This document shows positions 51,363-61,984 of a DNA stretch of 64,000 nt, one piece after another. The notes under the pieces were generated by a model. It searched no databases and had not been told where the DNA came from. It saw only the letters and a list, made by a program, of their open reading frames with translations. The DNA lies in contig CBDCTK010000002.1 of NCBI GenBank assembly GCA_965222225.1, forward strand, positions 2,944,001-3,008,000. Direction: 5' to 3'. The position numbers were made by a program, and so were the translations under genes. The DNA is from Candidatus Poribacteria bacterium. GTDB lineage: Bacteria; Poribacteria; WGA-4E; JAJDTR01. Numbering within the stretch: position 1 is the first letter of the stretch; every line of letters begins with the position of its first letter.

Positions 51363-52005
51363 GCTATCTCCCGAGTTGCCATTTTGTCGTTATAGAATAT
51401 CCATAGGGTGACCGATCCGCCGCCGTTCACGAGCCAATTTTGTTGAGGAATGCGTCACGGGCTGCCTGCGTCACTATAGCGCGGATTCGGTAATTGAATC
51501 AAGGGAAAAGTTTGAGTGAGTTGGGAACGCAGATCTGCGTTACGTTCAATCATGGGATGGCACAGGTGTCGTCCCTTGCAATTTCGTGTGAGTAGGGGGG
51601 CGTGTCACGATTGCCAGTAGGAGGAAGTTCCGAATCCCTTTAATCAGTTTGGGGTCAAATGGTTCTACTTTTCTAGGCTAATGTAACATACGATTTTTAG
51701 ATTGGAAGCTTAACATATGTGCGGTATATTTTAAGTAGAAATCAGGTGGTTGTGTCAGACAAATTGACGCTACCGAGATTTCGATAGGAGAAATAGGTTT
51801 CAAGATTGCCTGAAATCTATTTGTTTGGATTTACGCCGTTGAACGCTTGAAGCCCTGTAGTTCGGAGATTCATCGCCGAGAACGCGTCCCGAGACGCCAT
51901 AAGAATCGGGCAACTACAGGCTAAAATGCGTAAGTCCCATTATTACTACAACTTACTTTGTATAGGGACATACCGCCCTTGCAAAACAGATAAAGGAGAT
52001 TTATC

Positions 52006-52461
52006 ATGCCAGATAATCCTGTAGAGAAACGAGTAAACCAAACCACCGATGATTGGACAGCCGAGGCGTTCACCAGATACGAAGGTCACGAGGTGTCTGG
52101 TCCCATGACGTACAGCAAAACGAAGCACGACTGGGAAATTACCAACACCAGCGGTGAAGATTTGGAAATTGATTGGGAATGCCAGCATGAAGTCACACGG
52201 GAAAATGACGCCAATTTCAATGAGCGAATGACACGCCATGATGAATTTGTTGAATTCCCGGCTGGTGCCACACTACGATATCAATGGCCGCATTTAGTAA
52301 ATAGTAACGACTGGTTCACATTGACAGGTAGATTTTTTGTTCGGCATTACACCGAAGTCAGGGTCTTCAAGCAAGCCGCTGGTGCGCCTAGACAGAACCG
52401 TGGCAGTATAAAGGCGGGTGAACTGGTACACGATTTCACAATTGACGGCGATGACGATTAG
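52006..52461 (+). CDS. Hypothetical acidic beta-rich protein
   Basis: AAGGAG RBS and a clean 151-aa ORF. Confidence 0.55.
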   Translation: MPDNPVEKRVNQTTDDWTAEAFTRYEGHEVSGPMTYSKTKHDWEITNTSGEDLEIDWECQHEVTRENDANFNERMTRHDEFVEFPAGATLRYQWPHLVNSNDWFTLTGRFFVRHYTEVRVFKQAAGAPRQNRGSIKAGELVHDFTIDGDDD

Positions 52462-52563
52462 AGCGCTCTTGTTCCGTACTTTACGCCAGGGATTTATATA
52501 GAATAGTGGTGCCATTGCCCGTATTTTGAACGCTTGTCCAAAATTTGAGCACGTTAGACTGCC

Positions 52564-52728
52564 TTATAGTCTTACAGCAGGTCTTTGCATCGCCATTTTT
52601 GTAAATTCCTTGGTGAACTGTCGATAATCACGACACTTTTCTTCGAATGCATGATTCGAGCGTTCTTCGGCGCGCGCAATACGTTTGAGTTTAGCTCGTT
52701 CTTTGGAACGGCGTTTTCCGATTCCCAT
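52564..52728 (-). CDS. Small basic 54-aa protein
   Basis: AAGGAGGTGA RBS, then MGIGKRRSKERAKLKRIARAEERSNHAFEEKCRDYRQFTKEFTKMAMQRPAVRL*. Confidence 0.55.
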   Translation of the reverse strand: MGIGKRRSKERAKLKRIARAEERSNHAFEEKCRDYRQFTKEFTKMAMQRPAVRL

Positions 52729-52967
52729 TGTATATCACCTCCTTCCTTTGGGAGATTCAGGTTATGATGGGATGCAACAGGTGGGCCGGTACCCACCTGT
52801 TGCACTTTATCCCTCCATTTTCCCTATTATACCATCCCCGATATCCTTCCGAAATCTTTTTGGGTCACCGTTGGCATGAAATTTGTCACGTTATGATTTG
52901 GCGAAACCTTGACAAAAGATTGACTTCTTTGTTGGCATGCCTTATATCATATGTGTAGAAGGAGGAA

Positions 52968-53877
52968 ATGGAGGGCACATGCCATAACAAGCACGTTGCA
53001 TTAGTCGATTTAATTCGCCGGTTTCCCGATGATGAGGCAGCTAAAAAGCGGTTGGTGAGGTGTCGTTGGCCCATGACATTCGTTGTGCATATTGTGACAG
53101 CCAGAATGTGAATGGGAAGGCGAAGCACGCCTACTATGCCTTATCGTTGTCGCTATTGCGGTAAACATCTCTCGGTCAAGACCAATTCGATCGTGCACTC
53201 GTCCAACATAGACTATCGCTAGCTATCTGCTGTGCAGTCGTCCAAAAGGCGTATCTAGCATGAATCTGCACCGGTATCTGGGGATTACACAGAAATCGGC
53301 GCGGTACATGCTACATCGTATACGAAAGGGAGGGAAACGACACACCAGGAATTCTGTGGCGAATTGGAAGCGTGCGAGACTTTTGTCGACGGCAAAGAGA
53401 CAAACAAGCACGCCAACAAAAAGTTGTGCGCTGGACGTGGTACCGTCGTCAATATTCCAGTTGCTGGCATGAAAGAGCGAGGGACGAAACGGATTCAAGC
53501 TGAAGGTAGTAGGCGCAACAGACTGCAGCACGTTCTAGGGATTTGTCTTGAAGAATATCACGAAATATACCACTATCTATACTGATGAGGCGAGAGCCTA
53601 TATTGGCTTGCCACATAAGCATGAGACCGTCAGGTATTCTATCGGCAACTATGTGAAGGAGGAAGCCAACACGAACGGAATGAAATCGTTCTGGGGGATA
53701 TTCAAACGGGGATACGTCGGCGTCTACCACAAGATGAGCTCTAAACATCTGCACCGATACATTACCGAGTTTCAAGAACGCTACTTCTACCGAGCGCTAC
53801 ATACCGAACAACGGATGGAGGAGCTGGTTAGAAGAAGCGCAAAGAAGCAACTCAAATATGCCAATCTAATTGCTTAA
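52968..53877 (+). pseudogene. Degraded IS1595-family transposase
   Basis: Fragments in several frames: RRFPDDEAA...RCAYC, LGITQKSARYMLHRIR, EACETFVDG, IYTDE, NTNGMKSFW and KHLHRYITEF. Confidence 0.85.
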
Positions 53878-54078
53878 GCCTGAAATACTTGAGGGCAAAC
53901 TCTTTGACACGCCGTTGCCTGTAGGGAAAAGCCCCTCACTTCAAACGAATGTACCATTCGGATATAGTTAATGGCGCAATAGAAATCGTGATTGGATTTA
54001 TCCTAGTCGTAGTAAGGTTAATCATCTTAGGTTGGCTCTATGACGAATTACCATCTTAGCTATAGAAGGAGGCAAGAC

Positions 54079-54588
54079 ATGAAGGGCGTATTCCTTATAC
54101 TAGCTGTGTTCCTGCTTGCTAGTTGTGGCCAGGAGCATGACGCCGATCTTGATGACGGTACGCCACGTGTGCGACTAGTAAAGGGTAACGAGGTGTTGTT
54201 TCATATTCTTTGGGACCGCCCGCTCCAAGTAGAACAGGTTATTGAAGTTCAGTTTAATGAGCGCATTCAAGACTCTGGAACCCTAGAATGGAAGTCAACA
54301 GCAACTCGCTATTTGTTCTACTTCCCAGCGGGCGCGGTTATATCCGAACCGGTTCGTTTGGACTTGAACAGATGGCATACCTACCGAGTAAAGATACTAC
54401 CAGCGCATATCCGAAATGCGTACACACTACCGGCGCCGGCATGGATGGCGACCGAGACAAGTGCGAGGGTGGGTGGCGGGATAGGCTTGCGAGAGCAAAA
54501 CGATATTATTCCCGAAGGTTATGACTTCAAGCCCTACAAACTAGGATTCCCGTCATCGCTCTCCTTCTACCCACCGACACGGCATTGA
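54079..54588 (+). CDS. Hypothetical lipoprotein
   Basis: AAGGAGG RBS and MKGVFLILAVFLLASC lipobox. Confidence 0.7.
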   Translation: MKGVFLILAVFLLASCGQEHDADLDDGTPRVRLVKGNEVLFHILWDRPLQVEQVIEVQFNERIQDSGTLEWKSTATRYLFYFPAGAVISEPVRLDLNRWHTYRVKILPAHIRNAYTLPAPAWMATETSARVGGGIGLREQNDIIPEGYDFKPYKLGFPSSLSFYPPTRH

Positions 54589-54798
54589 CATGTATTGAAG
54601 TGCCAACGCTAATTTAGACCACAAATCAGCAAAGTTAATACAAGTTTTGCTGTTCAAATCCCCGTGGTGTCACGGCACGACTTAAACGCGGCAGCAATCT
54701 TGTTGTAATGACTGTAACGAAAAACCCAGGAATTTCAATAGGCGGCAACTTGGCTTAATTAGGAAAGATGTCTATTGTTTTGCCATCAAGATTGACTA

Positions 54799-55920
54799 TC
54801 ATTCTTTCGCGAGAGGCCCCTGTTTCACGCGTCCCCACGTGGTAGCGGCTTTGCCGTAGGGTTGCACGGTCAGAATTGTAGCGCGGTAGATGCCTTGGGG
54901 GGTGTGGACGGTGCCTGCCTGCCTTTCGTGGAGCGCATAGGTTGCTGCGTACAGCTCGGATTGATGAGTTACGAGCGCACTAACTGTAAGCCACTGCAGA
55001 CCTGCGGGAATCCATGTGTCCGAGCGTGCATCAAACATGTAGACGCCGTGATCGTAAAGTCCGGCAAACAGACGGCCGCGGTTTACAGCCAGGCTTGTTA
55101 AACTGGGAGCGTAGTCTAGATACCCATCGGAATCGCTTGGAAGCCCTACGATGCGATACTCCCAAGGGAAAGGGAGTCCTTCTTCGTTCCATCGTGCAAA
55201 GCCTTTGCCTCCGGCGACGTATAATCGATCATTGAACACCGCCCAGTCGTGCGCCGGGTGGTGTCCGAAACGGGGAATAGATTCCCACGTGTGGCCGTTG
55301 TCAGGGGAACGGAACATGCTGCCATCCGATTCGCTCCAGAGATAACCATCGAACTCAGTCATCGACAAGATACTACGGGCTATTGGCCAGTCGGGCGCTC
55401 CCCACGCGTCTTGGCGCACTATCCAGTCGTCTATTACGCCGTGCCATGTCTCACCTCGGTCGGTCAATGTATACGTACCCAAGCACGTCACAGTGATGAC
55501 TGTGCCAGAACTGGTGACGAGGATTTGCTCAACGCGTCCGTATTGGTCGAGTTCTTCGTATAGGGGCAATCCGTCGTTTATGGGCTTCCATGTCTCGCCG
55601 AGATTGTCGGAGCGAACTACGCCGTTGCCATGTGTTCCTGCATACACGGTATTTTGATGGATTGCAATTGCAGTACACGTGTGTTTAACTTCGCTTGAAC
55701 CCCAGGTGTAACCGTCATCGAGGGAGATGTATACGCCATTCCATGTCCCGGCGTAGAGTCGGCGTCCATCGGTTTCAAGTGCGTTCACGCGCCCCATGGG
55801 CTGCACGACAGTCAGTTGAGTCCACTCGGCGCGGATATTCGCATCCGATTCGTTCGCCAGCATAGTCGTTGTTACTAAGAAAATGAAAGCGGTTCGCATT
55901 AAACGTCGAGTCCATATCAT
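54799..55920 (-). CDS. Secreted BNR/Asp-box beta-propeller protein with K-x-ATTWG C-terminus
   Basis: SLDDGYTW, SDNLGETW, TDRGETW and SPDNGHTW; ends VQPYGKAATTWGRVK. Confidence 0.75.
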   Translation of the reverse strand: MIWTRRLMRTAFIFLVTTTMLANESDANIRAEWTQLTVVQPMGRVNALETDGRRLYAGTWNGVYISLDDGYTWGSSEVKHTCTAIAIHQNTVYAGTHGNGVVRSDNLGETWKPINDGLPLYEELDQYGRVEQILVTSSGTVITVTCLGTYTLTDRGETWHGVIDDWIVRQDAWGAPDWPIARSILSMTEFDGYLWSESDGSMFRSPDNGHTWESIPRFGHHPAHDWAVFNDRLYVAGGKGFARWNEEGLPFPWEYRIVGLPSDSDGYLDYAPSLTSLAVNRGRLFAGLYDHGVYMFDARSDTWIPAGLQWLTVSALVTHQSELYAATYALHERQAGTVHTPQGIYRATILTVQPYGKAATTWGRVKQGPLAKE

Positions 55921-56272
55921 TGGATTTCCTCCCTAAGAACTGATGGCTATCGGATTGACTGCGTTAGTAGAGTGTGCGCAAGTTATGTACCACTCCCATA
56001 AGCTGCCCCGACTTGGCACTACCCCGCGAATTTCATCAAACTCGTCTGCCGATGTGTCATGGAGACGCAATGGCGTTTCGTGCTTTCGTATCCAACAAGT
56101 GAACGCCAATGTTCATTTTTTGTGCAAGAGGGGCGTTGGCTGTTCTCGCTACAGTGCTTGTGTCTTACAAATCTGGTAGAGCATCAGTGTTGTCCCACCC
56201 TCCTGTTGGTAATACCATTTCTTAAAATGATAGGGCATCAATGATGTGAATTTCGGAGAAAAGCTATCGCAC

Positions 56273-56533
56273 GGGATTTGCTATCAAGACTTCCTATCGC
56301 CTTCACTATTCGTTCAGTTGATCGGTTGGAAAGGGATCTCTATGGGAGTTCTATCGCGCTCCTTATCCAGTCGCTTGATCGCAGTGCGCACCCTACAGGA
56401 TTGTCCAGAGAAGAAACCGAGTTTTGAAGAAAAAACTCGGTTTCGTCGCGAGCTGGAGAGGGATCTACTATCGGGATTAGCTATCGCCTTCGCTAGCCAC
56501 TCAGTTGATCCCTCGTTGTCCACTCGGTTGATC
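56273..56533. repeat. Largest cluster of hairpin elements (at least 4 copies) interleaved with REP halves
   Basis: Copies end at TTGATC near 56323, 56380, 56510 and 56533. The palindrome aagaaaccgagttttgaagaaaaaactcggtttc is shared with 3984-4018. Confidence 0.85.
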
Positions 56534-56722
56534 TCCTACAGAACCGGGCGTGCAGTGAATGAGGTGCAATTGTTCTGCAGCAACAGGAGATTGTTGTTGA
56601 CCGAAAATTGCCTACCGGGTAAAATGGTACGAGTAATTTAAAAAGGATTTGGATTCTTTGTGGCGACTTTCAAGACGATATTTCGCGACGTATTCAACTA
56701 TCAACTCCAAGGAGATTGATTT

Positions 56723-57703
56723 ATGGCACTGTCACCTGAATTGTGCAAGAAGATGTACAAAGATATGTGGCGCATTCGGCTCTTCGAGGAGGAGGCGCAT
56801 CGCCAAACAAGTCTCGGCAGCGTAGTGGGCGCGCTCCACATGTATTGCGGGGAAGAGGCGGTCGCGGTCGGTGTTTGCGGCAATCTACGAGATGACGATT
56901 ATGTTTTGGGCACGCATCGCAGCCACGGACATTGCATAGCCAAGGGCGCCAAGCCGAACCAAATGATGGCGGAGTTGTTCGGCAAAGCCACGGGCACCTG
57001 CGCCGGAAAGGGCGGTTCGATGCACATCGCGGATTTCTCGCTCAACATGCTGGGCGCCAACGGTATCGTGGGCGCGGGTATTTCGCCCGCCACCGGCGCC
57101 GCACTCGCCAGCAAGATGCGCGGGACGGATCAGGTGTCGGTCTGTTTCTTCGGCGACGGCGCTGCCGCGCGAGGCACCTTCCACGAGGGCATCGGGTTCG
57201 GCGCATTGTGGAAGCTCCCGGTGGTTTACGTCTGCGAGAACAACCAATATCAGCAGTGGGTGCCGCGGTCGAATGTGGCTGTTCTGGATTCGGTCGCCGA
57301 TATGGCGGGGTCGTATGCCATTCCCGGCATATCCATTGATGGGCAAGACATTGTCGAGGTTTATGAAGTGGTTGGTCAAGCGGTCGAACGCGCCCGCAAG
57401 GGCGGGGGGCCCACGTTGGTCGAAGCGAAAACCTACCGCTTCCACGGGCACAGCTTGGGCGATGAGGAGCAGTACCGCTCCAGCGATGAAGTTGAAACGT
57501 GGAAGAACGATCGCGACCCGATTACGCTCTTCCGCACGGTGATGATGCACAAGAACTGGTTGACCGAGGACGAGGACGCGGCAATTCAGGAAGAGGCCAA
57601 AGACGAGATTTTGAACGCGGTGAAGTTCGCCGAGGAAAGCCCGTACCCGACGGTTGCCAATGTTACCACGGATGTGCTCGCTGCCGAGCAGGAGGTGGCA
57701 TAA
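56723..57703 (+). CDS. 2-oxoacid/acetoin dehydrogenase E1 alpha subunit (PdhA/AcoA-like)
   Basis: GEEA, THRSHGH, GGSMH, GDGA...ENNQY TPP motif and YRFHGHS. Confidence 0.92.
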   Translation: MALSPELCKKMYKDMWRIRLFEEEAHRQTSLGSVVGALHMYCGEEAVAVGVCGNLRDDDYVLGTHRSHGHCIAKGAKPNQMMAELFGKATGTCAGKGGSMHIADFSLNMLGANGIVGAGISPATGAALASKMRGTDQVSVCFFGDGAAARGTFHEGIGFGALWKLPVVYVCENNQYQQWVPRSNVAVLDSVADMAGSYAIPGISIDGQDIVEVYEVVGQAVERARKGGGPTLVEAKTYRFHGHSLGDEEQYRSSDEVETWKNDRDPITLFRTVMMHKNWLTEDEDAAIQEEAKDEILNAVKFAEESPYPTVANVTTDVLAAEQEVA

Positions 57704-58674
57704 TGAAGACGTTGACCTTCAGCAGGGCGCTGTGCGAGGCGCTGCACGAGGAGATGGAACGTGACGAGTCCGTATTCGTCATGGGTGAAGATGTCATCAC
57801 GCACGGGGGACCTTACAAGGTGACCGACGGGATTGCGGAGCGTTTCCCGGAACGGATATTCGAAACGCCGATTGCCGAGGCGGGGATAGTCGGATTGGGG
57901 GTCGGCGCCGCGATGGCGGGTATGAGTCCCGTCGTCGAGATCATGTACATGGACTTTGTGACGTGCGCCATGGACGAAGTGGTCAACCAAGCGGCGAAGA
58001 TGCGCTACATGACCGGGGGTCAAGCCAGCGTTCCGATGGTTATCCGCCTTCCGTGCGGCGTCGGTCGATTGCTCGCGGCGCAGCACTCGCAGATTATGGA
58101 ATCTTGGTTTATGCACGTGCCCGGGTTACAAGTGGTTGTGCCTTCAACGCCAAGCGACGCCAAAGGATTGCTCAAATCCGCGGTGCGCAGCGAGGATCCG
58201 GTGATGTTCTTCGAGTACAAGCGCATCTATGCCTCTAGGGGCGAGGTGCCGGACGGGGAACATATCGTGCCCATCGGCAAAGCGCACATCAGTCGTGAAG
58301 GCGAGGACGCGACCATCGTCGCCATTGGGCCAATGGTGCAGAAATCGCTCGAAGCGGCGGTGCTGCTGGAGGATGACGGCTACGACGTTGAGGTTGTCGA
58401 TGTGAGATCGCTGTCGCCGTTGGATACAGAGACCATCTGCGAGTCGGTGCGTCGGACGGGGCACGCCGTGGTGTGCGGAGAGGACTCCAGCTTTGCCGGG
58501 GCGGTTTCCGAGATTGCGGCGATGATTGGCGAGAACTGCTTTGAATCGCTCAAGGCGCCGGTCACGCGAATCGGGAGCCCACATGTGCCGATGCCGTTTA
58601 GCTCGGAGCTCGTCAAGCACGTTGTGCCCGAGGTTCCAAACATCACCGAGGCTGTCAACCGTGTAATGGCATAG
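57703..58674 (+). CDS. 2-oxoacid/acetoin dehydrogenase E1 beta subunit
   Basis: GEDV, TPIAE, QHSQ and RSLSPLD; TAATG coupling. Confidence 0.92.
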   Translation: MKTLTFSRALCEALHEEMERDESVFVMGEDVITHGGPYKVTDGIAERFPERIFETPIAEAGIVGLGVGAAMAGMSPVVEIMYMDFVTCAMDEVVNQAAKMRYMTGGQASVPMVIRLPCGVGRLLAAQHSQIMESWFMHVPGLQVVVPSTPSDAKGLLKSAVRSEDPVMFFEYKRIYASRGEVPDGEHIVPIGKAHISREGEDATIVAIGPMVQKSLEAAVLLEDDGYDVEVVDVRSLSPLDTETICESVRRTGHAVVCGEDSSFAGAVSEIAAMIGENCFESLKAPVTRIGSPHVPMPFSSELVKHVVPEVPNITEAVNRVMA

Positions 58675-58724
58675 CGGGATTTCTCCGAAATCCCATCTGT
58701 GCACATCGCAGGAAAGGAGAACTC

Positions 58725-60101
58725 ATGGCAGTACAGTTCCGTCTAGCGGCGTTTGGTCACACGATGGAAACAGGCCGCGTCGTTGAGTGGCACATCGCCG
58801 AAGGGAGCAGAATTGAAGAGGGGCAACCCTTGGTTTCGATTGAGACAGACAAAACTGTCGTCGAGGTGGAGTCGCCGGTGAGCGGCGTGCTGCTGCGCAT
58901 CGTGGGTCAAGCCGATGGCGAGTACGATGTCGGTGAAACTTTGGCGTGGATTGGCGAGGAGGGCGAGAAGGTGCCGGACGCCCCCGCCGCACCGCCCAAA
59001 ACTCCAACGGTCGATCGCCCGGCAGAGTCACGGGCGACTCCGGTGGCGCTGCGGTTGGCGCAACGGCACGGGATAGACGCCGAATCGCTCCCCGGCACGG
59101 GACCGGGTGGACGGGTGACCAAGGAGGATGTGCAGCGGGCTATCGACGCGGGCGGAGCGATGCCGGAAAGCGTTGCGGACGAGAAGCCAGCCGCCAGCAC
59201 TGCGGAGCAATCCAGCACTTCGGCTGCCGATAGACCTTCGGGGGGGCGTGTAACTCCCGTCGCACTGCGGCTTGCGCAACGGCACGGCATAGATGCCGGA
59301 TCGCTCCCCGGTACGGGACCGGGAGGACGGGTGACCAAGGAGGATGTGCAGCGGGCTATCGACGCGGGCGCGGCGAGTCCGGAAAAACCGGCGGACGAGA
59401 GATCTGCCTCCGAGGTTGAAGTCATTCCGCTTAGCGGCATCCGCCGCACGACGGCCGAGCGACTCGGCGCGATCTGGTCGCAAGCGCCGCATGTTACCGA
59501 AGGTATCGAAGTCGATTTCAGCGCCATCCAAAGCCTTCGAGCATCGCATGAGGAGGCGTGGCGCCAGACTCACGGGATTGCGCCGTCAATCAATGACTTC
59601 GTGCTGAAAGCCACCGCCGAGGCGTTGAAATCTCATCCTCGGCTCAACGCGGCGCTGATTGACGGGGCGGTACACCAGTACCGCGAGGTCAACCTTGGGG
59701 TAGCGGTTGATATCCCGGACGGCTTGGTGGTGCCAGTGGTTCGAGGCGCCCAAGCTCTCGGCATTGTGGAGATTGCGACGCAGGCCAGAGCACTTGCAGA
59801 GCGTGCGCGAGAGGGGAAACTAAGAGTTGACGATTATGCGGACGGCACGTTCACTGTCACCAACCTCGGCGGGCTTGGGGTGGACTGGTTCACGCCGGTG
59901 CTCAATCCGCCGCAGTGCGCTATTTTGGGGGTGGGGCGGGTGCGGCGGGTTGCCGTGTTTGCCGGTGAGTCGATTGTGGCGCGGGATATCGGGACTCTGG
60001 TGCTCACTTTTGATCATCGTGCGATAGATGGTGCGCCGTGTGCGCGTTTTCTCGGGGAGTTGCGGGGGCTTATTGAGGCGCCGGAGGGGTTGCTGCCTTG
60101 A
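58725..60101 (+). CDS. Dihydrolipoamide acyltransferase E2 (one lipoyl domain, two E3/E1-binding domains)
   Basis: ETDKT lipoyl-Lys, duplicated TPVALRLA...GTGPGGRVTKEDV and DHRAIDG. Confidence 0.92.
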   Translation: MAVQFRLAAFGHTMETGRVVEWHIAEGSRIEEGQPLVSIETDKTVVEVESPVSGVLLRIVGQADGEYDVGETLAWIGEEGEKVPDAPAAPPKTPTVDRPAESRATPVALRLAQRHGIDAESLPGTGPGGRVTKEDVQRAIDAGGAMPESVADEKPAASTAEQSSTSAADRPSGGRVTPVALRLAQRHGIDAGSLPGTGPGGRVTKEDVQRAIDAGAASPEKPADERSASEVEVIPLSGIRRTTAERLGAIWSQAPHVTEGIEVDFSAIQSLRASHEEAWRQTHGIAPSINDFVLKATAEALKSHPRLNAALIDGAVHQYREVNLGVAVDIPDGLVVPVVRGAQALGIVEIATQARALAERAREGKLRVDDYADGTFTVTNLGGLGVDWFTPVLNPPQCAILGVGRVRRVAVFAGESIVARDIGTLVLTFDHRAIDGAPCARFLGELRGLIEAPEGLLP

Positions 60102-60293
60102 ATGACATTTTTTGACTTACGGTGCTGTTGAACTGCTAGTCGTTACATTTCACTCATAATTATTCCGCATTGTTTTTTGGGCCATAGACGTAATTTTCAT
60201 GACTTGAAGTAATGATCATTGACAAATACGGAAAAACTCATATAATTTTGGGGTGTCATAAGATGTTTTAACCTATAATTAGGAGAGACTAAG

Positions 60294-60761
60294 TTGAATC
60301 CGCAGCAGCAGAGACAGGGAGGGCTACACAAACTTACTCCCAGTGAACGAAAATCGCTGGAAAAATCAGTATGGCAATTAGTCTTCAAAATTACGTCTCG
60401 CTCAAAACCAACATCGGCGAAACTTGAAAATAGTGCAGTTGAATATCTTAGGAACAACGGCGAACTGGAAGATGCTGCTGTTGAATATCTTAAGGATGAA
60501 GGTGAACTTGGGACTGCCGCTGTTGGATACCTCAAAGATGCCGGATGGGACGAAGTGAGAGTGTTGGGAACAAGGGAAATCAACTCCGCGGAGTATTTAG
60601 TCGCAGAAGCAGGGAATTACACGTATATTCTTGAATCAAAGAGGTACTTGTATACTCTATCCCGCCCAGGACAATACCTTGGAAATATGGGGTTTTCGTC
60701 ATGTGAAATCATAGATTCTGATGGTGATGTAGTCGACTTCTGGACGGAGGATACAGAATGA
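60294..60761 (+). CDS. Hypothetical protein with three 14-aa tandem repeats
   Basis: LENSAVEYLRNNGE / LEDAAVEYLKDEGE / LGTAAVGYLKDAGW; AGGAG RBS and ATGA overlap with the next gene. Confidence 0.55.
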   Translation: MNPQQQRQGGLHKLTPSERKSLEKSVWQLVFKITSRSKPTSAKLENSAVEYLRNNGELEDAAVEYLKDEGELGTAAVGYLKDAGWDEVRVLGTREINSAEYLVAEAGNYTYILESKRYLYTLSRPGQYLGNMGFSSCEIIDSDGDVVDFWTEDTE

Positions 60762-61489
60762 TATACTACCACTCCAACCCACCACGGGCAGGTCATTATA
60801 AATGTCTCGTTGTCGATCCGCCTTGGGATCAGGGTAAAACTGGAAAGCGTTCGGTTCGCCCCAATCAAGGTACAGCGTTGCCTTATCCAACAATGACTTG
60901 CAAGGAAATTGCTAGTCTTCCTATCAATGCTTGGGATGCAGATCATGCTTTTCTATGGTTATGGGCAACAAACAGTCGTTCGCATTCGAGTGGCAAACCA
61001 ATTCTCCTTCAAGCTTTTGAATTAATGGAGAATTGGGGATTCCGTTATTATACAACCATCACGTGGAACAAAACGACTGGTCCGTGCCCTTTCGGGCCTT
61101 ATCAAATTATTTCAGAACATTGCCTATTCGGGTATCGTGGCAAATGTGTTTTCCCAAAGGAATCGTTAGGAAAAATGCAAACTGTGTTTTCGGCCTCGGT
61201 CAAGCGCCATAGCGAGAAACCTACGCGTATGTATAACGATATACGGCGCCATTTTCACGCTCCACGGCTAGATGTATCTGCTAGAAAAAGACATCCTGGA
61301 TTTGATGCATGGGGTAATCAGAGGGAAGACAGTTGCGCATTTATTTTAAACTTGCCGATCCAATACCTACTCAAATTGAATCCCTCATTACTGACTCTGG
61401 AAAATGGCATGCCAAGAAACAACATTACCGCATCAATCACTCGAACCTCGTTATGCAACTATTTGAATGTGGCTTTCTTCTTGGACTAA
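60758..61489 (+). CDS. MT-A70-family adenine methyltransferase (C-terminus probably aberrant)
   Basis: VDPPW, YPTM, LWLWATN, WGFRY, EHCLFG, HSEKP and WGNQ. Confidence 0.8.
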   Translation: MIYYHSNPPRAGHYKCLVVDPPWDQGKTGKRSVRPNQGTALPYPTMTCKEIASLPINAWDADHAFLWLWATNSRSHSSGKPILLQAFELMENWGFRYYTTITWNKTTGPCPFGPYQIISEHCLFGYRGKCVFPKESLGKMQTVFSASVKRHSEKPTRMYNDIRRHFHAPRLDVSARKRHPGFDAWGNQREDSCAFILNLPIQYLLKLNPSLLTLENGMPRNNITASITRTSLCNYLNVAFFLD

Positions 61490-61984
61490 ACGGACCAAAT
61501 CAAGGCAGAATCAATCAGTTTATGAAAGAGAAGTTCTCACTTCATGAGGATGAATCCACTTAACATACCCAGGCCTCCGACAAGTGCACAGTCGTTGGGT
61601 TTCAGCGGCATTTTGTAACAAGAAGGCTACCGAAAAGTAGAACTGTCCTTAGAAGTTTGATACGGGTGTGTTGTTGGCTGCTCAACTCAGCCTTCGGACT
61701 GAGATGCAGTTCCGCTGGGGGAGGAATATTATTGCCACTAAGGACTAGGAAGTTGAGAGAATTGGATTTGCGACTGCGAAACAGGTTATCAACTGGGCGA
61801 AAATTCAGCACATTAACGCCAAGAAAGAAGAAGCACATCTACTACACTCTATTCGAGTTAACAGTGTTATCTGAATTACTTGCGGCCAATGATTGTTGCG
61901 AATTACGCTTGACAATACGACGATTTGGGGACCAGACTATTTGAGCGAATATTCGCACTTCAACTACGAAATAGGAAACAACCA

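Noticed and set aside
56273-56533. Hairpin clusters as a CRISPR array
   Set aside because: Repeats are variable, nested and in both orientations, with no regular unique spacers and no cas genes.
4035-56533. Element variability as DGR adenine mutagenesis
   Set aside because: Variation is compensatory rather than A-specific, and no reverse transcriptase or TR/VR pair is in the window.
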